A stretch of DNA of 32,000 nt from Acaryochloris marina S15 (GCF_018336915.1 NZ_CP064923.1:570001-602000); one strand, 5' to 3'. Positions 8,013 to 15,854 are shown, counted from the first letter of the stretch. Made by a program: numbers and translations. The notes: generated by a model from the sequence alone, not told the origin.

Positions 8013-9554
8013 ATGAAGACGCATTTTGGATTAAAAACGATTGCCGGTAGCACTCTTGGCTTAATGCTGGTTTTCTCGGCTTTTGGGCAGTCAGGATTGG
8101 CGCAAACGACTGAAGTAGAAGAAGGCGCGATTTACACTGGAGATATCACCTTAGATGGCAACGAAAATGCCGTCGATATCGAAACGTTGGATAACGATTG
8201 CGGCACCAACTTTGACCAGCGCGATGATGACGGTACGGATGGGACTTCTAATAATATTGATATTCAAGCCGGTGAAGATGCTTTAGAAGGCATTGGAACT
8301 GGCTGTGCTAACGCCAGTTCATCATCAGTCGGTAACTCTTCAGATAACACCAACACCACCACCATCAATGCCAGCCCAGACAATACGTCCACCTCTGAAG
8401 CGATAACCTCTGGAGCGGCTACATCGAGTGTTGAAGGAGGCTACTCACAATCCCAATCTAACGTCAGTGGCGGCGACTCCAACTCTTTTGCTGAAGGTGC
8501 AACGGGTGGCAGCTCCACCTCCCAGGCTGATTTAGGAAATGTATCTCGCGGAGATACAACGCTAGGCAATACGACTCGTGGCGATACAACGCTAGGCAAT
8601 ACGACTCGTGGCGATACAACGCTAGGCAATACGACTCGTGGCAATACTGCTTTGGGTGATGTCAGCAGAGGGGATACTACGTTAGGGAATAACGATTTTA
8701 ATGCTGCGACGACAGGTGGTTCAGCTAATCAAGACCAATCTGCTAACACCAATGGCGGGAATGTTACCGGTGGCTCTGCCAATCAAGACCAATCTGCTAA
8801 TACCAATGGTGGAAATGTCACCGGTGGCTCTGCCAACTCTACGGGTGGATCGGCTAATACGCTAGGCGGCAATGTCAATACGACGGGTGGATCCGCCGAT
8901 CAGAATGCGGTCACCAATGGTGGATCAGCGACTCAAGACCAAAATGCTGCCACGAATAGCGGTGAGGCCTTGACCAATAGCGGTAATGTCAGTGTGGCCC
9001 CCATCACCATTGATACGAGAGACAGTTCCGTGGATAACTCCGCAGTCACTAACAACCACGTCAACATAAGCAATCAAAGTTCTTTTAACCGCAATTCAGT
9101 GTTCAACGACAATTCATTTAGTGGCAGAGTTTCCGGTGGATTCTATGCCCGAGCCAATGCATCTACTCAGAACAGTTCAGCTTATGGAAATGACTTTAGT
9201 AGCACAGCTGCAGAAGTCGAAGTTGGAGTATTTAAGGTCTTCCAAACAGCTGCCCGTCGCGATGCCGCAGATCGTGCTGAGATGAAGTTTGCCCAGAATA
9301 TGATTGTCTACTGCACTGATTTTCTGAAGCACTACCCCAACTTGATGACCATTGATGTGGCCACGATTACAGACGCTAGTGTCCGGGAGACTGTCCAATC
9401 TTGTCAGGATTTAGGCCCCATGGTGACCCGACCGCAGCAGGTCATTATCAATGTTCCACCCCAGGCACAGCCTTTACCCCAGTCCCAAGTTTTACCGGGA
9501 TCTCGTCAAGTCCCTGATTTACCTCGCAGCATTACCCGCAGTAGTGGCGGTTAA
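8013..9554 (+). CDS. Secreted low-complexity repeat protein, paralogue 3 (long form with C-terminal domain)
   Basis: 513-aa ORF. Signal peptide ends ...GQSGLA/QTTEVEEGAIYTG. Its architecture matches paralogue 1, including the C-terminal domain (AEVEVGVFKVFQ...MIVYCTDFLKHYPNLMTIDVATI...VQSCQDLGP...QVIINVPPQAQP...ITRSSGG*). A roughly 400-bp AT-rich region precedes it. Confidence 0.85.
   Translation: MKTHFGLKTIAGSTLGLMLVFSAFGQSGLAQTTEVEEGAIYTGDITLDGNENAVDIETLDNDCGTNFDQRDDDGTDGTSNNIDIQAGEDALEGIGTGCANASSSSVGNSSDNTNTTTINASPDNTSTSEAITSGAATSSVEGGYSQSQSNVSGGDSNSFAEGATGGSSTSQADLGNVSRGDTTLGNTTRGDTTLGNTTRGDTTLGNTTRGNTALGDVSRGDTTLGNNDFNAATTGGSANQDQSANTNGGNVTGGSANQDQSANTNGGNVTGGSANSTGGSANTLGGNVNTTGGSADQNAVTNGGSATQDQNAATNSGEALTNSGNVSVAPITIDTRDSSVDNSAVTNNHVNISNQSSFNRNSVFNDNSFSGRVSGGFYARANASTQNSSAYGNDFSSTAAEVEVGVFKVFQTAARRDAADRAEMKFAQNMIVYCTDFLKHYPNLMTIDVATITDASVRETVQSCQDLGPMVTRPQQVIINVPPQAQPLPQSQVLPGSRQVPDLPRSITRSSGG
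8553..8642 (+). repeat. Perfect 3 x 30-bp tandem repeat inside paralogue 3
   Basis: GATACAACGCTAGGCAATACGACTCGTGGC occurs three times without a mismatch (8553-8582, 8583-8612, 8613-8642). It is in frame and encodes DTTLGNTTRG three times. It lies within the wider decapeptide array at 8535-8684. Confidence 0.95.
8715..8822 (+). repeat. 2 x 54-bp near-identical tandem repeat encoding GGSANQDQSANTNGGNVT
   Basis: Units 8715-8768 and 8769-8822 encode the same 18 aa and differ only at synonymous positions. Degenerate GG-x copies continue to about 8960. The equivalent region in paralogue 1 is 5520-5768. Confidence 0.9.
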
Positions 9555-9602
9555 ATCCGATCTGGTATCGTTCCCGTCGATCATTACTTTGGATATAGAC
9601 CC

Positions 9603-10406
9603 ATGAAAAACTTCCACCTGACCACCCTAATTAGCTTCGTCGTACTCTCCACCATTCCAGCATCTGCGGTGGCCCTACCAATTGATTTTGATGATTCCAC
9701 CAAAATTAAACTCATTGAGATGGGGATTGATGCTCTAACCTCAGACAAATCAACGTCGGAGACATCAGAAACCGAAGAAACCCATTCAGCTGCGACGACT
9801 GAACCGTCAACAACGAATACTGCTGCCCCGAAACTAGACTCAAAAGCACCAGTAACTGGAACATCTAATAGCGAGCAGAATGAACTGCTCACTCCGAAAG
9901 CAACGAAAACAACATCGGCTGTTCCAAGTCCGAATACTCAGCAGGTTCACTGTGCCCAAGTTCAACAACATTGCTTAGAAGTTTCACATGCTACGCGTAG
10001 TGTTGGTGTATATGAAGGGGGGATGTTGCAGCAAACCCTGCCCTTGAATAATGGACAAGCTGTTTACAACGTTCCTACAGGAGGCACCAGCGTCACAACC
10101 TACCCTCAACCTGTGCCTTATCAACCTGTTCAACCTCTTACCTATCCTCAAACTCAACCGACGGTTTATCCAGTGGGCAGTTACCCAGTAGCCCCCAACG
10201 CGAATCCTTGGGGCTATGGTTACCCGACGGCTTATCCTCAGTCTGTTTATGCACCTACTGTGCCAGTTTATGGAACCCCAGCTCCTGTATTCCAGGCAGT
10301 GCCTAGAGTAAGCTCCCAACAGGATGTGATGGTGATTAATGTTGAGCCGAAAGCTGAAGCTCAAACCATCATCTTGGACAATAACTATCCTTTTCAGGGC
10401 CGTTAG
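9603..10406 (+). CDS. Secreted Ser/Thr-rich then Tyr/Pro/Gln-rich protein with a YkuD-N-terminal-like Cys-pair module
   Basis: 267-aa ORF starting 48 nt after paralogue 3. Signal peptide: MKNFHLTTLISFVVLSTIPASAVA. It has an acidic S/T/E region, then VHCAQVQQHCLEVSHATRSVGVYEGG, which resembles the N-terminus of the next gene. A YPQPVPYQPVQPLTYPQTQPTVYP-type tract follows, and the C-terminus is DVMVINVEPKAEAQ.... Confidence 0.75.
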   Translation: MKNFHLTTLISFVVLSTIPASAVALPIDFDDSTKIKLIEMGIDALTSDKSTSETSETEETHSAATTEPSTTNTAAPKLDSKAPVTGTSNSEQNELLTPKATKTTSAVPSPNTQQVHCAQVQQHCLEVSHATRSVGVYEGGMLQQTLPLNNGQAVYNVPTGGTSVTTYPQPVPYQPVQPLTYPQTQPTVYPVGSYPVAPNANPWGYGYPTAYPQSVYAPTVPVYGTPAPVFQAVPRVSSQQDVMVINVEPKAEAQTIILDNNYPFQGR

Positions 10407-10436
10407 TCCTAGCAATATTTGTGGAGAATGTGGACG

Positions 10437-10922
10437 ATGAAAGGACTAGCATTAGGCGTTTTGACGGGTTTAGTGGGACTCCTATGGTCTCCAATGGCTC
10501 AAGCAGATGACTTATCGCTGCATTGTCGCCAAGTGCAGGGAGGTTGCTTGCAAATTTCTAAAGCCAAGCGGACCGTCACATACTATCAGCAAGGAAAAAA
10601 CCAAAAATCTTGGCCGATTTCCATTGGCCGGCCAGGACTGGACACACCTGCCGGGAATTTCTGGATTTATGAAAAAGGGACGATGGTGGACTGGCAGTCT
10701 CCTTCAGGGGAGGTGATTCCTTATAACAGTCCTCGTAATCCGATGGCAGGAATTTGGATGGGCTATGTGATTGCGGATGGTGTTCCCCTAGGGTTGCATG
10801 GAACCAATACACCCAATTTGATTGGTCAAGCGGTGTCTGCCGGATGTAATCGAATGCATACCCACCATGCTAAAGAGCTATATAAATTTGTAGTAGTGGG
10901 TGATCCGGTGTATGTCCGATAA
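10437..10922 (+). CDS. L,D-transpeptidase (YkuD domain)
   Basis: The ORF track starts at TTG 10419. The ATG at 10437 has GGAG 11 nt upstream and yields the signal peptide MKGLALGVLTGLVGLLWSPMAQA. The YkuD catalytic signature is HGTNTPNLIGQAVSAGCNRM (His...Ser-x-Gly-Cys-x-Arg). The substrate-binding start of the domain is TPAGNFWIYEK. Confidence 0.85.
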   Translation: MKGLALGVLTGLVGLLWSPMAQADDLSLHCRQVQGGCLQISKAKRTVTYYQQGKNQKSWPISIGRPGLDTPAGNFWIYEKGTMVDWQSPSGEVIPYNSPRNPMAGIWMGYVIADGVPLGLHGTNTPNLIGQAVSAGCNRMHTHHAKELYKFVVVGDPVYVR

Positions 10923-10931
10923 GTTATCTGA

Positions 10932-11330
10932 TTACCGACTTGTGCAAACCCAACTCACAACCTTACAGTTGGGGCCGTATTTTTGGCAGGATTGCAGGGC
11001 ATAAGATTCGGCTGTTGCTCGATCGACTCCCCAACCAGATCCTGCTGAGTAATCAGAGGCGCGAGCTAGGGCACCACAGCCATTTTTAAACACAACTAAT
11101 GACTTACAATCCCCAGTCTTGGCATATTTTTCACAAAAACGAATGGCTACATTGGTTGCTTCCTGCGGAGTCGTGTAGTCATAGGAATAACCATGGCTAC
11201 CGGTGGAAACAGAATAGGCCATCGCACCATAGTTCGCGTTAGCTAGAGCGTTTTGAGCCCCAACTAATCCCACGGCTGGCACACTAAACATCGTTGCAAT
11301 CAGCACTTGAGATATTTTCGAATGGAACAT
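10932..11330 (-). CDS. DUF4189-like secreted Cys-rich protein
   Basis: 132-aa ORF with a signal peptide, followed by YGAMAYSVSTGSHGYSYDY...AIRFCEKY...GDCKSLVVFKNGCGALA...ALQSCQKYGPNCKVV. This matches the pattern I recall for DUF4189. Confidence 0.6.
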   Translation of the reverse strand: MFHSKISQVLIATMFSVPAVGLVGAQNALANANYGAMAYSVSTGSHGYSYDYTTPQEATNVAIRFCEKYAKTGDCKSLVVFKNGCGALARASDYSAGSGWGVDRATAESYALQSCQKYGPNCKVVSWVCTSR

Positions 11331-11588
11331 ATTTCCCCCATTTCTGTTGTAGATGGAATATTTGATAGTCGTTTGGCCAAACGAATGCGTCTAGACCATG
11401 AGGACTATAGCTGTAGAGTTCCCACACGATCGTCGCAGTCAGCATCTTCAGGCCAAATTCCTCTGGCTTGGGTCTGACTCACGAAAGATTTATAGTGAAC
11501 GGGTACACCTCAGGAATGGTTTAAGGGAGAACACCCTTACTCTAGTGTTTGCGGGTTTGTACCACCATTGTTCAGGTAAAGCATCACC

Positions 11589-12422
11589 ATGGATCCATTC
11601 AGTTTAGGGCTATTTGCAGTCTTGGGTATTGCGGCGGGAACCTTAGCTGGACTCTTAGGGATTGGCGGTGGCATGTTGATTGTGCCAGGGTTGTTTTACC
11701 TCTTTGATCTGATTCAACTCCCTCAAGACTCCCTGATGCATATGGCAGCGGGTAGCTCTATGTGCATTATGATTTGTACCGCCGCATCTTCGACCTGGGC
11801 CCATCATCGACAAGAGCATATTCAATGGTCTATTTTTCGCTCTATCATTGCTGGCATTGCCGTGGGTGTAGTGAGTGGCAATCTTTTAGCCAATCGGATG
11901 CCAACCCAAATTTTAGAATTGATTTTTGGCATCTTTTTATTGGTCGTTTCTACCAAGATATTCCTGGAGAAAAAATCTGAGGAAGAAGAACCAACGGTGG
12001 GGGCTCCCGGCATCGTCGCTACGAGTGCCGTGGGTATGGTGATTGGGTTTAAGTCGGGTGTGTTGGGGATTGGAGGTGGAGCCCTAAGTGTGCCGTTTCT
12101 CCTCTATTGTGGCCTCCCCATGAAAAAAGCCAGTGGGACCTCTGCCTCCTTCACATTACCTATCGCCATTGTTGGGACCCTCTCGTTTTTGCTTTTGAGC
12201 GGGACTCAAACTGATATTCCCTGGTCAACGGGTTATGTCTATTGGCCTGCAGTATTGCTAGTGGCCCCGTTTACGATACTGGGGGCACCTGTGGGAGCTA
12301 AATTTGCCGGTATCGTTGCTCCTGAAAAGCTGCGAACGATCTTTGCCGGATTATTACTGGTGATTAGTATGCGGATGTTGTCTGGGACTGGCTTAATTGC
12401 CTGGGACTTCCCGCTGATCTAG
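11589..12422 (+). CDS. TauE/SafE family sulfite/anion exporter (multi-pass membrane protein)
   Basis: 277-aa hydrophobic ORF. The internally duplicated motif GLLGIGGGMLIVP / GVLGIGGGALSVPFL is typical of TauE/SafE (DUF81). Confidence 0.8.
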   Translation: MDPFSLGLFAVLGIAAGTLAGLLGIGGGMLIVPGLFYLFDLIQLPQDSLMHMAAGSSMCIMICTAASSTWAHHRQEHIQWSIFRSIIAGIAVGVVSGNLLANRMPTQILELIFGIFLLVVSTKIFLEKKSEEEEPTVGAPGIVATSAVGMVIGFKSGVLGIGGGALSVPFLLYCGLPMKKASGTSASFTLPIAIVGTLSFLLLSGTQTDIPWSTGYVYWPAVLLVAPFTILGAPVGAKFAGIVAPEKLRTIFAGLLLVISMRMLSGTGLIAWDFPLI

Positions 12423-12604
12423 CTTCGACTTATTACACCTAAAAATTAAATCGCACCTAAGCGGAAATTTTAGGTAGAAAAAAAGAGTGAATCGCAGCGA
12501 TCGCATCATTCAGCATGTAACTTGCAATTGATACGCTTTAGGATCTTGGCGAGTCGCTGCGTGACACCCTTTAACAATTGGCTCAAAGATATTGATTGTC
12601 AGAT

Positions 12605-13054
12605 TTAAGATAAACCTAGGACAGCATCAAAGGTAGACACAACGGCGTCATATTCTTTGGCAGCAGAAGTGGGATTACGCTTAGCAGCAGCAGCATCTAG
12701 CTTGTTGAGGTGATCGGCTAACAACTTGATAGTGCGACGGCCACTTTTTTGAGTTGCAGCGGGTAAAGAATCACCCAAACGACGAGAGAGGGGGCCAAGT
12801 TCGCCTAAAGGACCACGGATAAAGGTGCGAACATTATTCCAGTCACCTTCAGCAATGTAGCCATCTAGCTCAGACAAACGTCCATACAAAGGTTGTAGCC
12901 CTTCTGTATATTTAGAAGCTTGAGCAATAACAATTCCAGTATCAGACCCAGCCAAAGCAGTAGGGGCAATTGTGCTAAAACTTGTCAAAACAAGGGCGGT
13001 TGCAAAGGCAACGGCCAATAGGGATTTACAAAATCGTTTAAAATTTAAGATCAT
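12605..13054 (-). CDS. psbQ: Photosystem II extrinsic protein PsbQ-like (CyanoQ)
   Basis: 149-aa ORF with a signal peptide. The mature region TFIRGPLGELG...LADHLNKLDAAAAKRNPTSAAKEYDAVVSTFDAVLGL follows the CyanoQ four-helix pattern (FIHGPLGQLR...LERLDAAAK.RN...A...Y......F). Confidence 0.65.
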   Translation of the reverse strand: MILNFKRFCKSLLAVAFATALVLTSFSTIAPTALAGSDTGIVIAQASKYTEGLQPLYGRLSELDGYIAEGDWNNVRTFIRGPLGELGPLSRRLGDSLPAATQKSGRRTIKLLADHLNKLDAAAAKRNPTSAAKEYDAVVSTFDAVLGLS

Positions 13055-13244
13055 TGATTCACAGTCCTCTGCGCATCAGAAATGGGTTTGCCAAGATTTA
13101 TTGTCGAATTTTCAGGGGCCTTTGTAAAGCTAATCACCTGTAAAGCCCTGCTTTCGGGCTATTGATTGTAAAGGTTTGTATTTTTTGACCTGTCTCTACC
13201 TCTCAAGATCAGTCTCCGTCCTTTGCATTGGTTTCAATTAACGC

Positions 13245-15854
13245 CTAGGTCCCTGAGGACTTGGATTTAGCCTCTAGATCGGCTAGCCGACTTTTCAGCT
13301 CCTGATTGGCTTGTTGGAGTTGCTGAACTTCCTCTTGTAATGTGCTTAGGGCTTGATTTGATTTCACTCGGGCCTGCACTCTTTTAACTGATTCTTCGGC
13401 CATTCGTCGCACCCGACCATCAGGGGTTTGGTTGGCTAAGGTTTTCAGGAGTGAGATCGCTTTGGGGGTTTCCATCTGTCCCAGGGATGCGGATACCGAC
13501 ACTTGGGTTAAAAAGAAACTCTCACCCACGAGCACCGATAGCCGATCCAAAATGCGCTGCAGCTGTTCAGGGGGTTGTCCGGTGGAAATACTTCCTAAGG
13601 CTCGAATGGCAGCGAGACGGAGCGGTTGTGGGGTTCCTGCTTCGGTATAGGTCAAAATTAAATCGAGGGCTGCAGTGGAGGTTTTCATTTGGCTAAGGGC
13701 ACCAATGGCTCCAGAGCGCACCACCTCATTCCAGCCTGCCCGGTCTTTGAGAACCGATTTAAAGAGCTTGATGACCTTGGTCTCTTTGGGTTTAGTGGTT
13801 AGGGTGGAGGATGCGATCGCACCCACGGCTCGTAATGCACTAGCTTCCACGTAATAACTGGGGTCACCCTTTTCAGCCAGAGGCTTGATGGCTTTGTAGC
13901 TCTCGTCCGTTTTAAAGGTCGCCATGGCTTCTACCACTGCCCGTCGGACTCTGGCATCCTTGTCCTTAAGACCTGGCTTGAGGGCGGTCAGTACCTGATC
14001 GAGCTTAATCTGAGCTAACTGCTTTGCCACTTCGACCCGCATGCCCCAGAACCCATCAGTAGTCAGGGCTTCCCCTAAACTTTTAATGACTTCTAATCCG
14101 CCTTTTTTCGCCAAGGCCTGGGCCGCATAAATTCGAGAGAGGGGATCGGGGTCCTGTTTAAGCTGAGCCTTCAGCTCAGGCACCGGGTATTCGAGGGTGA
14201 CCTGCTTGAGATAGTGATTGCCTTGATCGAAGCTGATCAGAAGTGGTTTTTCAGGGAGGCCAAAGTAAAAGCTCTGCTCCTGCTCATGGACACGAACCGT
14301 AAAGGCTTGAAACTCTATGGGTTGCTTGCCTCGGTCAAATCCAAAGGCAATGGGCAGATTCAAATCAAATAGTTCTTTTGCACTATTTTTGTCTTTTGGA
14401 TCCACCTGGGTTTGGGTCACTGTTACCTTGGCCATCTTATGATCGGCATCCCAGCTATAGCCCAATTTATATTCGGGATGGCCGCCCCGATAGACATATT
14501 GATCAAACAAGAAGAGCAGATTGCGACCGGTGGCTTTTTCAATTGCCCGCAGTAAGTCAATGGTCTCTACGGTTTTGTGGGCATTGTCCTGAACAAAGGT
14601 ATGGATGGCTCGCCAAAACAGCTCATCGCCTAACTCTGCCCGAATCATATGATAGATACAGGCCCCTTTCTCGTAGAGATGGCGGTCATATAGCTCAATG
14701 GCTTCTCGGTAGACATGGGTGACCACGGGGCGACGATAGCGATTGCTATCCTCGTTGAAATAGTTACGGGCTTCGTTCAGCCGATAATAGGCAGCATCCT
14801 CAGCCCCATATTCATGGTTGGTCCACATCACTTCGGAATAGGAGGCCATGCCTTCCTTGATCCAGGCATGGGACCAATGCTTGATCACCACTAAATCCCC
14901 AAACCACTGGTGGGCTAATTCATGGGCCACCAGACTTTCTGCAGAACGATTATCAAGGGCAGCCCGCTCATCCAATAAGCAGCGATCTGTCAGCAGGGTA
15001 GTGGAGGTATTTTCCATACCGCCGAAGATAAAGTCATCAACGCAGACCTGGGCGTATTTGGGATAAGCGTAGGGATAGCCGTAGTATTCGCTAAAAAACT
15101 CAATCATGCGGGGCGTTTTGCCCATGGTGAGCTGGGCCTGATCTTCCCGCCCTTTCTCCACATAATAGGTCACGGGTTTGCCTTGCCAATCATCAATGAT
15201 TTCTGCAAACTCGCCGACCGCTAAGGTCATTAAATAGGTGGGATGTACCTGCCGCTGGAGCCAATGGTAGATTTTCTGTTTGCCATCCACTTCGGTTTCA
15301 ATCAGCTCTCCATTGGAGATGGCCATAAAGGCTTTGGGCACCCGCACCCGAATTTCTGAAGTGGCAAGCTGACCGGGGTAGTCAAAGCAGGGAAACCAAA
15401 ACCGAGAGTCTTCATCTTCCCCTTGGGTCCAAACCTGGGTGGGTTTGTCAGGATAATGCTCATCGGGCTGGACAAAGTAAAGACCGCGTTGGGGCTGGTG
15501 TACGGTGTATGCGATCGCAACCGTAAATACTTTCCCCACTGTGGTTGGCTGTTTTAAATGAATCTGTAACTGTTCACCGTCATAGTCAAAGAGCTGTTTG
15601 GTGCGGCCAACCTTGACGCCTTCGATCTGCAAATCGACCGCATCCAACACCAAGGTCTCAACCCCACTGCGCACCGGGTTTAATCGAATCTGACAGGTGC
15701 CGCTAAAGGATTGGGCAGGAATGTCTAGGGCTAGATCCAGAAAAATATGCTCGACTTGGCCGGGGCGATCGGGATTGTAGTGAGGCCGTGCCCCTGCCGT
15801 TTCAAAGGACTTGTGCTTCTTAGTTTCAGAATCAAAGAAAAGATGGGACATCAC
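13245..15854 (-). CDS. pepN: M1 family aminopeptidase (aminopeptidase N-like) with C-terminal HEAT-like repeats and a coiled-coil tail
   Basis: 869-aa ORF. It has the GGMEN exopeptidase motif (FGGMENTS), the zinc site HELAHQWFGD and the downstream WIKEGMASY. The C-terminal third is helical-repeat-like and ends LQEEVQQLQQANQELKSRLADLEAK. Confidence 0.9.
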   Translation of the reverse strand: MMSHLFFDSETKKHKSFETAGARPHYNPDRPGQVEHIFLDLALDIPAQSFSGTCQIRLNPVRSGVETLVLDAVDLQIEGVKVGRTKQLFDYDGEQLQIHLKQPTTVGKVFTVAIAYTVHQPQRGLYFVQPDEHYPDKPTQVWTQGEDEDSRFWFPCFDYPGQLATSEIRVRVPKAFMAISNGELIETEVDGKQKIYHWLQRQVHPTYLMTLAVGEFAEIIDDWQGKPVTYYVEKGREDQAQLTMGKTPRMIEFFSEYYGYPYAYPKYAQVCVDDFIFGGMENTSTTLLTDRCLLDERAALDNRSAESLVAHELAHQWFGDLVVIKHWSHAWIKEGMASYSEVMWTNHEYGAEDAAYYRLNEARNYFNEDSNRYRRPVVTHVYREAIELYDRHLYEKGACIYHMIRAELGDELFWRAIHTFVQDNAHKTVETIDLLRAIEKATGRNLLFLFDQYVYRGGHPEYKLGYSWDADHKMAKVTVTQTQVDPKDKNSAKELFDLNLPIAFGFDRGKQPIEFQAFTVRVHEQEQSFYFGLPEKPLLISFDQGNHYLKQVTLEYPVPELKAQLKQDPDPLSRIYAAQALAKKGGLEVIKSLGEALTTDGFWGMRVEVAKQLAQIKLDQVLTALKPGLKDKDARVRRAVVEAMATFKTDESYKAIKPLAEKGDPSYYVEASALRAVGAIASSTLTTKPKETKVIKLFKSVLKDRAGWNEVVRSGAIGALSQMKTSTAALDLILTYTEAGTPQPLRLAAIRALGSISTGQPPEQLQRILDRLSVLVGESFFLTQVSVSASLGQMETPKAISLLKTLANQTPDGRVRRMAEESVKRVQARVKSNQALSTLQEEVQQLQQANQELKSRLADLEAKSKSSGT

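Noticed and set aside
8553-8642. 30-bp direct repeats that could be mistaken for a CRISPR array
   Set aside because: The units are directly abutting with no spacers. They are in frame within a long CDS and have diverged coding counterparts in the two paralogues. This is a coding tandem repeat.
11398-11607. 69-aa ORF upstream of and overlapping the TauE start; I also considered a structured leader or riboswitch in 11331-11588
   Set aside because: The ORF has no coding-like features. I found no match to any riboswitch consensus I know (TPP, cobalamin, glutamine, guanidine, Mn), only short local hairpins.
12437-12476. Imperfect hairpin (ACCTAAAAATT...AAATTTTAGGT) between convergent TauE and psbQ
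   Set aside because: It is AT-rich and imperfect, and it lacks a U-tract in the correct position on either strand. This is not enough to call a bidirectional terminator.
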